Positions 12,130 to 26,689 of a stretch of DNA of 64,000 nt are shown in pieces. The DNA lies in assembly GCA_964016885.1 (NCBI GenBank), contig OZ024761.1:1612001-1676000 (forward strand), written 5' to 3'. Below the pieces are notes generated by a model. The model was given only the letters and a program-made list of their open reading frames with translations, did not search any database and had not been told where the DNA came from. The position numbers were made by a program, and so were the translations under genes. This DNA comes from Eledone cirrhosa. Lineage: Eukaryota. Within the stretch, counting starts at the first letter, position 1, and each line of letters starts with the position of its first letter.

Positions 12130-15100
12130 ACCATGCTGTAAAATCGAGGGGTAGAGAGGGCCCTTGCGTCTAGTAAGACATCCTCTCTAGTGCTGCTGGC
12201 ACAAATGAAAGCACCCAGTCCATGCTGTAAAGTGGGGCTGGTGTTAGGAAGGGCATCCAACCAGTGTATCAATGCCAAAGCGCTTGGCAGCACAGCAACA
12301 AATAGATAGGAACAACAACAAAATATGAAGACGTCGCATCTCAGAGTTGCAACACTTAATGTTGGCACTCTCAGAGGTAGAACTGCTGAAATAGTGGAGA
12401 TGCTGGAGAGAAGGCATGTGGATGTGTGCTGCGTGCAAGAGGTGAGATGGAGAGGTGCCTCTGCAAGACTAGTCGTAGGCAAACATCTTAGCTATAAGCT
12501 ATTCTGGGTAGGTAAGGATGATGGGTTAGGGGGAGTAGGCATTTTCCTGGCTGAGAGATGGATCAATAAGACAATAGAGGTAGTTCGAGTTAGTAATCGA
12601 ATAATTAAGCTTAGATTAGTTGTAGGCAGGAGACTACTGACAATCATCTCTGCCTATGCTCCCCAACGGGCCTAAGCAAAGATGAGAAAGACTGCTTTTA
12701 CAAACAACTGCAATGACAGAGGACGGAGACATCGTTATGCTAGCAGGGGACTTCAATGGTCATGTTGTACAGCTCCAGGATGGATACACTGGGGTACATG
12801 GTGGGCACGGTTACAGCTCAAGAAATGAAAGAGTGAGACTTCTTGAATTTTGTGATGCAACTACACTGACTATTTGCAACACACACTTCCATAAACCTGC
12901 CAATCACCTAATAACCTACAAATCTGGCGAGCACATAAGCCAGATTGACTTCTTACTAGTTAGGCAGCGGGACAGGCAGATAGTGTCTAATACCAAGGTT
13001 AGTCGTTAGTGATATCTCAGTAAGCAAGAGATGGAATGAAACATGCAGGAAGGTGTGGAGAAGAAAGGTCTGGAAGCTAAAAGACCTTTCACTAAAATAC
13101 AAATTTAGGAAAGCCCGTCAAGATGTATATGATGAAAAAGAAGACGATTTAGAGACTATGACATAGATAATAACTGGAATTTCTTACGTGACAACTTACT
13201 GCAGGCTACTGAGATGAAACTTGTGGCTGGAGCAGAGCTCCAACCAGACAGAGAGTGACCTGGTGGTGGAACAGCACAGTAGATAAGGCCATTAGAGACA
13301 AAAGACTAGCATGGAAGGCTTGGAAAAAGGGTGGGAGTAGGGAAGAATATACAGCCACTAAGAGAGAAGCTAGGCGTCAGGTGTACTTAGCACGCAGGGA
13401 GGCTGCGAGTAGGAGGTTTGCCAATGTTCTGCGACGGGAAGATCAGAGGCGTGTGGTGTTCCACATTGCAAGGCAGTGTGTCAATGCAAATCAGGATGTT
13501 GTTGGAGATAAATGTGTCTGGAATGACGCCGGTGTACTTAGTGTCACGAATGATCAGAAAAAGGAGGCCTGGAAATGTCATTATGAGAGACTGATGAATG
13601 TGGAGAACGAATGGGAGAGAGAGAAATTACCCTCCGACAGAGGGACCAGCTATTGAGATTGACGAATATAGGGTCCAAGAGGCGATTAATGAAATGACAA
13701 ATGGTAAGGTTGCTAGACCATCGGGAATAGTTGCTGAGATGCTGAAGGCATCAGGGGACGTAGGCACTAAACTGGTTGCATGCATCATCAATCAGGCTAT
13801 ATATGGTGGTGTCATACCCAAAGACTGGTGCAGCAGTATTCTCATAAATTGCTACAAAAGTAAAGGGGATGCTCTGGAGAGGAGCAATTATAGGGGCATA
13901 AAGCTGATGGATCAGGTTATGAAAGTGGCAGGAAGGATATTACCACAACTAATTAGAGAAAGGGTCAAACTAGATGAGATGCAGTTTGATTTATTGCCTG
14001 GGAAGAGTACAACAGATGCCCTCTTCTTGGTGAGACAATTGCAAGAGAGGTTCTTAGAGAAAAATAAGCCACTATACTTAGCCTTTGTTGACCTAGAGAG
14101 GGCCTTTGATAGGGTACCCCGATCTGTCATCTGGTGGTCCCTAAGGAAACTAGGTGTTGAGGAATGGCTTGTGAGGACAGTGCAAACTTTGTACAGAGGT
14201 ACTCTCAGTAAAGTCAGGGTAGGAATGGAGTTTAGTGAGGAATTCCAGATACAAGTAGGAGTGTATCAAGGTTTGGTCCTCAGCCCGCTCTCGTTCATTA
14301 TAGTCCTCCAAGCCAATACAGAGGAGTTTAAGACTGGCTGTCCATGGGAACTTCTCTATGCTGACGATCTGGTTCTTATAGTAGAATCAGTAGAGGAGCT
14401 AGAGAATAAATTCTGGCTATGGAAACAGCAGTTGGAAGCAAGAGGACTGAGAGTGAACCTAGCTAAGACAAAAGTGTTGATGAGTAGAAAAGAGGAGAAA
14501 ACTCTGATTCCGTCAGGGAAATGGCCATGTTCGATATGCAGAAAAGGAACTGGCATAAATTTTATAAAATGCACACAAAGCAGATCCTGGGTACACAAGA
14601 GATGTAGCGGGATAGCAGGCAAACTAACAGGTAGGGAGAAATATGTATGCAGTAGATGTACAGGGAAATTAGACAGTAGAAGTCGCATTGATAGACACAT
14701 TTTTCAAATGCAGGAGGGTGCCCATAGAAGTGGTGGATAGCTTCCGGTACCTAGGAGATCAGATTAGCATGGGAGGGTGTTGTTCCGAGGCCATAGTATC
14801 TAGAATAAGGACGGGTTGGAAGAAGTTTAGGGAGCTGTTTCCTCTGTTGACGAAGAAGGGTTTCTCCCTGCATACGAAAGGCCGGTTATATGATGCCTGT
14901 GTGAGGAGCGCGATGCTGCATGGTAGTGAGACATGGGCAACAACTGCAGAGGATATGCGACGGCTGGAGAGAAATGAGGCAAGCATGCTCCGTTGGATGT
15001 GCAGTGTAAATGTGCGTGAACAACCCAGCATGAATGTGTTGAGAGAGAAACTGTGTCTGAGAGGGATAGAATGTAGTGTACGGGAGAGGAGACTGAGGTG

Positions 15101-15356
15101 GTATGGACATATGATGCACATGGAGGATGACCGATGGGTGAAGAAGTGCCAGGAAATGCCAGTTGAAGGAAGACATGGTAGAGGTAGACCACGAAAAACA
15201 TGGGCGGAGGTGATGAGAACATACCTCAGATCGTTGAAGCCCACGGTGGCGATGACGAAGGACCGTGACGAGTGGAGAGATGCTGTGCTGAATAAGACCC
15301 GTCCCACCCTTGCAAGCAGGGAAGAGCGGACGTAAAATGATGATGATGATGATGAT
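12130..15356 (+). mobile_element. Near full-length RTE-clade LINE (APE + RT + PHD-like finger), frameshifted
   Basis: TLNVGTL..QEVRW, GDFNGH, SQIDF, YRGIKL, FVDLERAFD, YADD, FRYLG and RRLRWYGH motifs, ending in an (atg)n tail. Confidence 0.95.
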
Positions 15357-15586
15357 ATATATATATATATACATATACTCACACATATATATGTTAATTT
15401 ATATATATATATACACACACATATATATGTATATTTATCTATAACTATCTACCTACCAACCTACCTATCTTTCCTGAGACATTTTTCGATTGTTTTCATG
15501 TTACACCCTTTTTACTCGATTATATGTAAACTCCCCCTTTGTATTTGTCCCTTCTTTTTATGCCTTTATGGTAAATAAAGAAATCT

Positions 15587-16095
15587 ATCTTTCCTGAGAC
15601 ATTCTAACCACATGTCTGTAGTATCGGAGCTGTGATCTCTCAATTCAGAGATCTTTCCTGAGACATTCTAACCACATGTCTGTAGTATGAGAGCTGTGAT
15701 CTCTCAATTCAGAGATCTTTCCTCAGACATTCTAACCACATGTCTGTAGTATGAGAGCTGTGATCTCTCAATTCAGAGATCTTTCCTCAGACATTCTAAC
15801 CACATGTCTGTAGTATGAGAGCTGTGATCTCTCAATTCAGAGATCTTTCCTCAGACATTCTAACCACATGTCTGTAGTATGAGAGCTGTGATCTCTCAAT
15901 TCAGAGATCTTTCCTCAGACATTCTAACCACATGTCTGTAGTATGAGAGCTGTGATCTCTCAATTCAGAGATCTTTCCTCAGACATTCTAACCACATGTC
16001 TGTAGTATGAGAGCTGTGATCTCTCAATTCAGAGATCTTTCCTCAGACATTCTAACTACATGTCTGTAGTATGAGAGCTGTGATCTCTCAATTTG
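15587..16095. repeat. 64-bp minisatellite x8 derived from an RTE coding segment
   Basis: Units start at 15587, 15651, 15715 ... 16035. The minus strand reads IERSQLSYYRHVVRMSEER. Confidence 0.9.
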
Positions 16096-16577
16096 GAGAA
16101 GTAGCGGACATATTCTTCTAATAAACATATTTAACCTGTATTCAATACATGTGTGGAAGTGGTGTCGGACTGAGTCTCCGCCACCACCAACTAACTTACC
16201 CTCCACCTGGCTGACAGGATGGAGAATGCATTACTCTGGATGATCAGCAAGGAAGATGTGCTGAAATAGCCTTTCTACCTTGTGGGGCTCACACCTGCAA
16301 GCAGCCAACTGTGCTCTGAGAGCAGTTGAGTAGGGATTTGGTCTATGAGGGCCCGAGAACCTTGAAGGTCTTCACTGTTACAGGCTCACCCACAAACCAG
16401 CAAAGAATGCAGGTTCTATAGCTCACAGCTAAAACAGAAGAGTGTATAACCTTGATAACCGCTAAACAGTGAGAAATGTGTCGGTTATTCTGGATAGGAG
16501 GCTATAGTCACTCCCTTATATTCATAGCGAAAGTCCTTCAAAATGTTTTCAAATAGGCATACAGTATATTATTAAAT

Positions 16578-16772
16578 AGGGCGGTGGATTGGCAGTATTG
16601 GTAGAGGGTCAGACGCCATGCCTTCCAGCATAGAGTTACGTCTCTTTACGATCTAAGTTCAAATCCCGCCGAGGTGAACTTTGCCTTTCATCCTTACAAG
16701 GTCGATAAAATAAAGTACCAGTAATACACTGGGGTAATTGCTGGCCTTGTGCCAAAAGTAGAAACAATTATT
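16578..16772 (+). mobile_element. tRNA-derived SINE family A, full length
   Basis: ggggcggtggattggcagtattggtag...gttcaaatcccgcc...ggccttgtgccaaaagtagaaac. The same element occurs at 62111-62300. Confidence 0.85.
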
Positions 16773-17695
16773 AAATATACAATATGCACATTCACATATA
16801 CATAGCTATTTCAGAGCTCCAACACACACACATATATCGGCATTTTTTCTCTCTCCGATAATGGAAATATGTCTTCCACAGACTGGCAGAAATAAGTTAT
16901 TCCATTGGAATAAAATCTTTATCATCAATTAAAATAAACTGTGGTGGAGGGATGAAGAATGAAAAATGAAATTTTAATATTAAAAAAAAAATATATAAAA
17001 GAATGAAGCTATTTGTCAAATGATTTTGAAGGAAATGATTTGTAAAAATGACATCAGGGTATAGAAATAAATGTAACACATCTGAGTGATGTGATGATTG
17101 TTAAAATATATATCCACAGAGGTAGCACAAACTGTAATATTGAACACACTGTTATTGTTGTAGTTGATTAAACAAAAAAAAAAAAATAACATGCATTCTT
17201 CAATTTGATTTTCCAGGCATGAAAATATCCTCGTTGCAATGAAATAAATGATCTTGTTTGGGAATGGGTGTTTGTTATGTTAAAATAGAACAGATCTTTG
17301 TGAATTCTTAGCTCCAATATCATCACAAGTGCAGAAACCCAAATACTGGATTTTACCAACCTTCCACGGGTCCGGATAAATTTTCAATCACATATATTTT
17401 TATTGTTTGACCCGAATTACTTGGTCGTTTCTTTGGCTATGCGGATGTTTGTTTAACCATCGTCTCAGTGTGTTTGGCCTTTAACGTATGTTGTAGCTCT
17501 GGTTCATCTGAATCATCGAGCGCTTGCCACACATCTCGGAAGTTGTTTTTCGTTAATTCCTAAGCCGAAATACGATTCTCGCTAATTTATATTTGTATAT
17601 ACATATATATAGAAAAAAAGATGAAATCGAAAATGCAACTGGAGTCTTATTAAAAAAAATATATATATATTTATTTGGTTCCTTTACCGGTTTCG

Positions 17696-17828
17696 CAGTT
17701 CTTCTGCTTTTCAAGAGTATAGTTGAGATGGAGGGTCTGTGGTTTTTCTCACATCTCACATCTCACAGATGTGAGAAAAACCACAGACCCTCCATCTCAG
17801 CTCTACTTTTGAAAAGCAGAAGAACTGT
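17696..17828. repeat. About 60-bp-arm inverted repeat
   Basis: cagttcttctgc...tctcacatct / agatgtgaga...gcagaagaactg. Confidence 0.85.
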
Positions 17829-17852
17829 ATGACTGAATATATACATATATGT

Positions 17853-18198
17853 ATGGCACATGGCTTAGTGGTTAGAGCATTGGCCTTGCAATCGAAAGGT
17901 TGTGAGTTCAATTCTCAGACTGGGTGATGTGTTGTTTCCTTGAGCAAGACACTTTATTTCACATTGCTCCTGTTTACTCTGCTGTAGAAATGAGATGATA
18001 GGGACTGGGGTCCATATCATTCCACTGCAAAGTGGTCGTGGAGGTGCCACGGCAAAAAAAGCACCCAGCACTCACTGTAAATGAGGTTGGTGTTAGGAAG
18101 GGCATCCAGCTGTAGAAATCAAGCCAGAATCAGTTCCCGTCCCACTCTTGCAAGCAGGCAAAAAGCGGTCGTAAAATGAAATGATGATGATGATGATG
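17853..18198 (+). mobile_element. SINE family B: tRNA head + CORE-like segment + RTE-derived body and tail
   Basis: tggcttagtggttagagc..gagttcaattc head, ttgagcaagacacttta, aggaagggcatccagc, and a 3' end matching RTE 15297-15356. Confidence 0.85.
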
Positions 18199-18265
18199 AT
18201 ATATATATACACACATATATATTTATATTTATATATATATATATATACACACACATATATATGTA

Positions 18266-18311
<46 letters not shown>

Positions 18312-18330
18312 TATATATGTATATATATAT

Positions 18331-21096
18331 GTAGGAGGTGAGTTTTATTGTAGTACAATAAAGCAATGCAGATATCGGATAAGAAGCACTCTACAGTTTG
18401 TGGGACTGGAGTATGCATAATATGAGATCAAAAGATGGTTAAAGGAGTTCCATATATTTTATTATGCGCATTTCAAAAACAAACATCATCAAGCAATAAT
18501 ATTTGTGTTTTCATCAGATAAAACAGGAGAACATGATATGAAGGCTAAAAAACACTTGTTGATAGTGCAGTTTTAAATCAACATATGAAAAGTGGTTTTA
18601 GATTGATGTGTGATATTGGGAAAAATATTTTATTTAGAGAGGGGGGGGGGAAAGGATGAAAAGGGAAGGAGATGAGAGGGAGAGATGGGTGATAGAGAGA
18701 AAGAGATAGTTTTTATAACTGAGAGGAGATATATTTTTTACATAGAGGGGTTGAAAACCGTTGGAAGATACTGTATAAATTAAAAATTTTGAAAATTAAC
18801 GAAGGGAGGATATGTGCGAGGAAAAAATATTTTATTTAGGGAGGGGGGGGGGGGGGGAAAGGATGAAAAAAAGGGGGGAGGAGATGAGAGTGAAGGTGGA
18901 GAGGGAGAGATGGGTGATAGAGAGAAAGAGATAGTTTTTATAACTGAGAAAAAGATATATTGTTTTAATATAGAGAGGTTGGGAACCGTTGGAAGATAAT
19001 GTATAAATTAAAGGAATTTGAAAATTAACGAAGGGAAATTATGTATGAAGATAGAGAGAAAAAAATAATAATTGTGGGTGAATATTCTAACGTCAAAAGA
19101 AGAAATGTATGTATTGTGGCAATTTCAAAATTAGCGAAGAGAAAAATTGTTAAGGTTTGTGTGTAGAAGGATTTGAGAAAAATAATGTGAAGTTAAAGTT
19201 TGTATATTGAATTGATATGTATTAATAATGAGTTCGTTGATGGGGAGAAAAAAATAATAATAAATTAAGGATGAAATTGAGATTAAAAAGATTTATGATA
19301 GAGAGAAAAAATAATAATGATTGCGGATGAATATTCAAAATGTCAAAAACAAATGTTATTATTTTACGAGAAGATAGAATGAGGGTAATGAGTAAACGAG
19401 TGTTATAGAGTGTATAATGCCCTTTAAAGTAAGGTAGATGGGTATATTTTAAAGAGGTGTATGTATATGTGCCTTTGAGAAAAGATTCTAAATTGATAAA
19501 GAATTGAATATTAACTGTATACTTTGTGAAAAGTTCTATGGAATTTATGCAGGCAGATAGAAAACAAATCTGAGCGTCTATTTATTATAGAATCTAGGTT
19601 AGAGATAATGGTAAATTTTTCATTTAGGCAGAGATTACAGATTTTAGATAGAGAGCTGTTCAAGTATGAAGATGCAGAAGAAATCTTTTTCCAAAAGATG
19701 TTATATTTAATGTTTTTGTCTTTTAAGGACCATATGATTCATCTTTCAAATACAAACTTAAAAGAACTAACACTGCTCTCTCAGAACTCATATGGTCCTT
19801 AAAAGACAAAAACATTAAATATAACATTTTTTGGAAAAAGATTTCTTCTGCATCCTCATACTTGAACAGCTCTCTATCTAAAATCTGTAATCTCTGCCTA
19901 AATGAAAAATTTACCATTATCTCTAACCTAGATTCTATAATAAATAGACGCTCAGATTTGTTTTCTATCTGCCTGCATAAATTCCATAGAACTTTTCACA
20001 AAGTATACAGTTAATATTCAATTCTTTATCAATTTAGAATCTTTTCTCAAAGGCACATATACATACACCTCTTTAAAATATACCCATCTACCTTACTTTA
20101 AAGGGCATTATACACTCTATAACACTCGTTTACTCATTACCCTCATTCTATCTTCTCGTAAAATAATAACATTTGTTTTTGACATTTTGAATATTCATCC
20201 GCAATCATTATTATTTTTTCTCTCTATCATAAATCTTTTTAATCTCAATTTCATCCTTAATTTATTATTATTTTTTTCTCCCCATCAACGAACTCATTAT
20301 TAATACATATCAATTCAATATACAAACTTTAACTTCACATTATTTTTCTCAAATCCTTCTACACACAAACCTTAACAATTTTTCTCTTCGCTAATTTTGA
20401 AATTGCCACAATACATACATTTCTTCTTTTGACGTTAGAATATTCACCCACAATTATTATTTTTTTCTCTCTATCTTCATACATAATTTCCCTTCGTTAA
20501 TTTTCAAATTCCTTTAATTTATACATTATCTTCCAACGGTTCCCAACCTCTCTATATTAAAACAATATATCTTTTTCTCAGTTATAAAAACTATCTCTTT
20601 CTCTCTATCACCCATCTCTCCCTCTCCACCTTCACTCTCATCTCCTCCCCCCTTCTTTTCATCCTCCCCCCCCCCTCCCTAAATAAAATATTTTTTCCTC
20701 GCACATATCCTCCCTTCGTTAATTTTCAAAATTTTTAATTTATACAGTATCTTCCAACGGTTTTCAACCCCTCTATGTAAAAAATATATCTCCTCTCAGT
20801 TATAAAAACTATCTCTTTCTCTCTATCACCCATCTCTCCCTCTCATCTCCTTCCCTTTTCATCCTTCCCCCCCCCTCTCTAAATAAAATATTTTTCCCAA
20901 TATCACACATCAATCTAAAACCACTTTTCATATGTTGATTTAAAACTGCACTATCAACAAGTGTTTTTTAGCCTTCATATCATGTTCTCCTGTTTTATCT
21001 GATGAAAACACAAATATTATTGCTTGATGATGTTTGTTTTTGAAATGCGCATAATAAAATATATGGAACTCCTTTAACCATCTTTTGATCTCATAT

Positions 21097-21100
<4 letters not shown>
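18331..21100. mobile_element. Penelope-like 3' end as a 2.7-kb near-perfect palindrome (about 1.32-kb arms)
   Basis: 18416-19737 is inverted at about 19788-21100. The + arm encodes TALSELIWSLKDK...CNLCLNEK...[13 protein letters not shown] (GIY-YIG end). Hammerheads at 20993-21059 (+) and about 18457-18523 (-). Confidence 0.92.
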
Positions 21101-21129
<29 letters not shown>

Positions 21130-21132
<3 letters not shown>

Positions 21133-21927
21133 GAAAAATTGAACAGGGACAGAACAGAGAGGCAGTACGATAAATGTTTATTAAATTCACGCTCAGGAGA
21201 GTGGGGGGTAGGTGGGGGACGACGTTTCGGGCATAAGCCCTTCTTCAGGTGAGAAGTGTGTGGGAACAGAGTTCAAAAGGTGTGTAGGGGAGTGGTGGAG
21301 AGACATATAGCGAAAGGAAACGGTGCGAATGAAAAATTAACAAATAAAGACAAAAAATATAATAAATAAAAATAAAGCATGATCAAAATACAAGGAAAGA
21401 GAAAATTTAAAAATAAAGGCATAAACTGAAATTAAAAGGGGGGTAAACAGGTGGTGGAAGGGTGTGGGGTGAGTAGGGGTGGTGGCGGGTGGAGTGGGGA
21501 GAGGGAGACGGGGTGTGAAGCGGGGTGGAGTGAACGAAGGGGTGAGTGCGAAGGATAGGCAGAGACGGGGAAGGGAAAAAGAAACAGAAAAACGTAGGGA
21601 GGGGGGGGAGTAAACACCGGAAAATTAAAGACAAAAAATCATAAAGGTAATAACACAGGCGATCGTGAACAAAAAATCATAGAAATACAATTGTAAGAAC
21701 ACAGGCAAAGAATCTTATACGGAAAAAAAAGGGGTACGGTAACAAAATCAAACAGAGGTAATGCGTGGAAGGAAAGACAAAGGTGGGAAGGTGTGTAAAG
21801 TTCGGAGAAAGGTCACGGCGGATTAGATCGGGGTTGAGCCGGTTGTTAAGTTAAGTTCCAAGGATGGAAGCCGTGTGAGCGTGTGTTATATATAATGAAA
21901 AATTGAACAGGGACAGAACAGAGAGGC
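21130..21927 (-). mobile_element. Penelope-like 3' end of a different type, with minimal hammerhead and direct terminal repeat
   Basis: The minus strand at 21221-21248 reads CTGAAGA-agggc-ttat-gccc-GAAACGTC. A 34-bp direct repeat occurs at 21130-21164 and 21894-21927. Confidence 0.65.
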
Positions 21928-22121
21928 TATGGAAGAAAAATTAACTTTACCTTGCATTGAATAGTCATGCTTCTAAATTATAGTAATTACTCCAGCAAAA
22001 TAGTTTATAAATAGTAGATAAATAAATTATAATAATAATAACAACAATATATTTATATAGATATACTATATAGATATACTATCAACAACAATACTAACAA
22101 TGGTTGTTGTTATCATTGTTG

Positions 22122-22196
<75 letters not shown>

Positions 22197-22622
22197 ACTT
22201 GGATGAGAAGAAGAGTTAAATGTATCTTTAAGTCAGTGGTGGTGGTCGTCGTGTCAGGGTCGGCTATATCAGAGCTAAGAAGCTGGTCTATTGGTTTACT
22301 CTATGTGTTAACTTTCTCACTGTATACCTCTAAAAATATGACAACAATATGTAAAAAAAAAATAAATATAACTAATCTGGCTGGTTGGCTGGCTGTTTGG
22401 TTGGTTGGCTGGCTGTTTGGTCGGCTGATTGACTGACTAATTATTCTCTCTCTCACACACACACACACTTGTACATCCAGCTTTATGTACAGACACGCAT
22501 ATACATACACACATGCTTACACACACTTGTAAATCCAGCTTTATATACAACAGACACACACATATATACATATTTGCATTGAAAAGTAAAACTTATGTTA
22601 ACCTATATACATATATATATAT

Positions 22623-23716
22623 GTAGGAGGTGAGTTTTATTGTAGCACAATAAAGCAATGCAAATATCGGGTAAGTAGCACTCAACAATTTATTGGACTG
22701 GAGTATATATAAGAAATTAAAAGATGGTTAAAAAAGTTCCATGTATGGTTCCATTATGCGCATTTCAAAAACAAATATCATCCAGGCACGATATTTGCGT
22801 TCTCATCAGATAAAATAGGGAGACATGATATGAAGCTTAAAAAAGACACTTGTGAGCGTAGTGTCTAAACAACATATGATAAATAAATTTAAAAGGATAT
22901 AGGAGTTTGGAAAAAAGGAAAGGAAGGGGAGAAGGGTAAGGAAAATGAAGAAAGGAAAAAGAAAAAAGAAGGAAAGGATAACGGAGGAAGATTATAAGAA
23001 GGAGGAAGGAGAGAGAAAGAGAGAGGAGAGAAAAGAGAGAGAGATAAACATTTAAACTGAGAAACGCTGTCTCACACAGAGAAATGACTGAAAAAACGGT
23101 TGTAAAATTTATAAATAAATTAAATAAATTAATAAGATTTTAAATTTAAAAGTTAATGAGGTTTATGCTTATGATTACATTTAAACTCTAAATAAATCAC
23201 TATTTAAACCCTAAATAAATAGTATACTTAATCTCTATATCTGTAATCATAAGCATCATCATCCATAAACCTCATTAACTTTTAAATTTAAAATCTTATT
23301 AATTTATTTAATTTATTTATAAATTTTACAACCGTTTTTTCAGTCATTTCTCTGTGTGAGACAGCGTTTCTCAGTTTAAATGTTTATCTCTCTCTCTTTT
23401 CTCTCCTCTCTCTTTCTCTCTCCTTCCTCCTTCTTATAATCTTCCTCCGTTATCCTTTCCTTCTTTTTTCTTTTTCCTTTCTTCATTTTCCTTACCCTTC
23501 TCCCCTTCCTTTCCTTTTTTCCAAACTCCTATATCCTTTTAAATTTATTTATCATATGTTGTTTAGACACTACGCTCACAAGTGTCTTTTTTAAGCTTCA
23601 TATCATGTCTCCCTATTTTATCTGATGAGAACGCAAATATCATCCCTGGATGATATTTGTTTTTGAAATGCGCATAATAAAATACATGGAACTTTTTTAA
23701 CCATCTTTTAATTTCT
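22623..23716. mobile_element. Penelope-type palindrome (about 455-bp arms), sister family of 18331-21100
   Basis: Same gtaggaggtgagttttattg tail. 22710-23168 is inverted at about 23264-23716. Hammerhead at 23615-23684. Confidence 0.88.
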
Positions 23717-23954
23717 TCTTACATATATATATATAGATATATATTATCATCATCATCATCGTGTATTTTATATGTTTGCATGCATGGCATAGACAAGTTG
23801 CCATGTTATGAAACAAATCAAATCAGGAGACCACATCTTGCTCATACAGATCTGCATTTCGTTTTTCGTTTCTGCAGCTGGATTCCCTTCCTAATACCAT
23901 CTAGTGAACTGGGGGCTTTTTATTGCGGCACTAAAACAACCATCTAACAGGGTT

Positions 23955-24303
23955 GACTGGGTGCTTTTTTTTGTCATGTCGCCACCATGACCACCTTACA
24001 GAATGAACAGGGCACTTTTTGTTGTGTCACCACCATGACCACCTTACAGAGTGAACAGGGCATTGTTTGTCGTGTCACCCGCACAACCCTTTTACAGAGT
24101 GAACAGGGCACTTTTTGTCATGTCACCAGCACAACAACTTTACAGAGTGAACAGGGCATTTTTTTGTCATGCCACCAGCATGACCACCTTACCAAGTGAA
24201 CAGGGTACTTTTTGTCATATCACCAACACGACCACCTTACCAAGTGAACCGGGCACTTTTTGTTGTGTCACCAACATGACCACCTTACAGAGTGAACAGG
24301 GCC
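23955..24303. repeat. About 48-bp tandem repeat x7 inside the RTE/SINE tail
   Basis: gggcactttttgt..tgtcaccagcatgaccaccttacagagtgaaca recurs at about 48-bp spacing. Confidence 0.85.
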
Positions 24304-25364
24304 CTTTTATAGCTAGCAGTGGTAGTAGCTCCCTAAACTTTTTCCATCATGTTCTCTCTCAGGCTATATTACTTTTAGAACACCTACCTCTAATGTTAAT
24401 CTGATCACCCAGGTAGCAGAAGCTGTCAACTATTTCTACAGAGCCTTTTGAGCATATAATGGAGCTTGTTTCCTATGTGCTCGTGCTGCTTACTGCTCAT
24501 GTGGATCAACCACATATAAAACCTTCATTCTTTGCTAGCCTGCCTGAGATCCCACTACATCTCTTGTGTACCCATAGTTTGTATTTAGGACATAGGATGG
24601 AATTACTCCCCACCCTTTTCCTGCACACTGAGCAGGGCCATTTCCCTCAAGGGATTTGCGCCGTGTTTTCCTTTCAACTTACTAGGACTTTAGTCTTTGC
24701 CAAGTTGACTTAAAGACTTTTTGCTTCCAAGCTATGCTTTCAGGTTTAGAATTTCTTCTCTAATTCTTCTATAAATTTGTCTACGAGGACTAGATCATCA
24801 GCATAAAAAGTTCCAATGGGGAGCCAATCTTAAATTCTTCTATTTATCTTCTATTTATCTGAACCCTCTCCTATTTATTATCCTGCAGGAGGATAATAAA
24901 TAGGAGAGGGTTCAGAAAAGAGCCCTCATGGACCCCAACTTGCATACTAAATTCCTTAGTATAATATTTGCTGACTAATCTCTGTACATGGCTTGTACTG
25001 CTTTCACAAACCACTCATCTACCCCTTGTTTTCTAAGAGCCCACCAGATTATAGGCAGGGGACTCTGTCAAAAGTTTTCTCCTGGCCAACAAATGGTACT
25101 TCTCCTGCAGTTTTGTCACAAAGATAAGAGCATCAGTGGTACTTTTACCTGGCACAAATCCAAACTGCATCTCATTCAGGCTAACTTAGTCGCTAATCAG
25201 CTGTGCAATGACTCCTTTCGTGATCTTCGTGACCTGGGCCATCAACTTGATGCCTGAATATTTTCCTTTCTCTAGTGCACCCCCTTTCCCCTTGTAACAG
25301 TTAACAATGATGCTGCTATGCTAGTCACTGGGTATGACATCATTTGGTATTGATTTATGATAAG

Positions 25365-26058
<694 letters not shown>

Positions 26059-26689
26059 TGTGTCCTACCATCCCAGATACTTTCACCATCTCAGCAACTA
26101 CTTTTGATTGTCCAGCTAATTTGCTTGTCTTCATACCCTTAATTGCTTTACTTACTTCACTGATACTGACTAGAATGGCTGGTCCCTCTGTTGGGTCAAT
26201 TTCAGACAGGCAATCTTTCTCCCCTGTATTCTACTCTTTTATCAGTCTCTCATAATGGCAGTGGATTTAAGCGATGATGATGATGATGATGATGGTCTTT
26301 GGTCCTCACATTACAAAACATGCTGGTCTCAGACCGTGATAATCTGTCGAGCCCATGCCAAGGACTGTTTGATGCTGTATCAAAAGGAGTTAACAAAGAT
26401 TCTGACATAAAATAATATAAAAGCTCTTTAAAATAAACAGCATTGTATCATAGAACCAGGGGTGATTTCAGATAGTTTGGAGCTTAACAAACATTAACCC
26501 TAACTAATGTACTTCATATTATAAAAAGAGAAGTGGTTTCAGGAAGTTTAGCATCAAAGGGGTTGAATCTGTTGGTCCTTTCTTTACAGCTACTCGAATA
26601 TACCCAGAGTTATTCCTCCTACATCTCAAAATTTATTTTAACAATTGTTTCTACTTTTGGCATAAGACCAGGAATTATCACCATTGTAA

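Noticed and set aside
17360-17592. CpG-rich segment related to 31377-31445, checked for a hammerhead
   Set aside because: TCGATGA and GAAAC occur on the minus strand, but I could not build convincing stems.
17860-17925. tRNA gene
   Set aside because: It is the tRNA-derived head of a SINE and continues into CORE-like and RTE-derived sequence.
19608-19917. Twin 64-aa ORFs on opposite strands
   Set aside because: They are antisense readings of the GIY-YIG end, duplicated by the palindrome.
21945-22335. Possible minus-strand micro-exons or terminal exons (also about 3160-3200)
   Set aside because: There are only splice-like motifs, with no consistent frame or recognisable protein.
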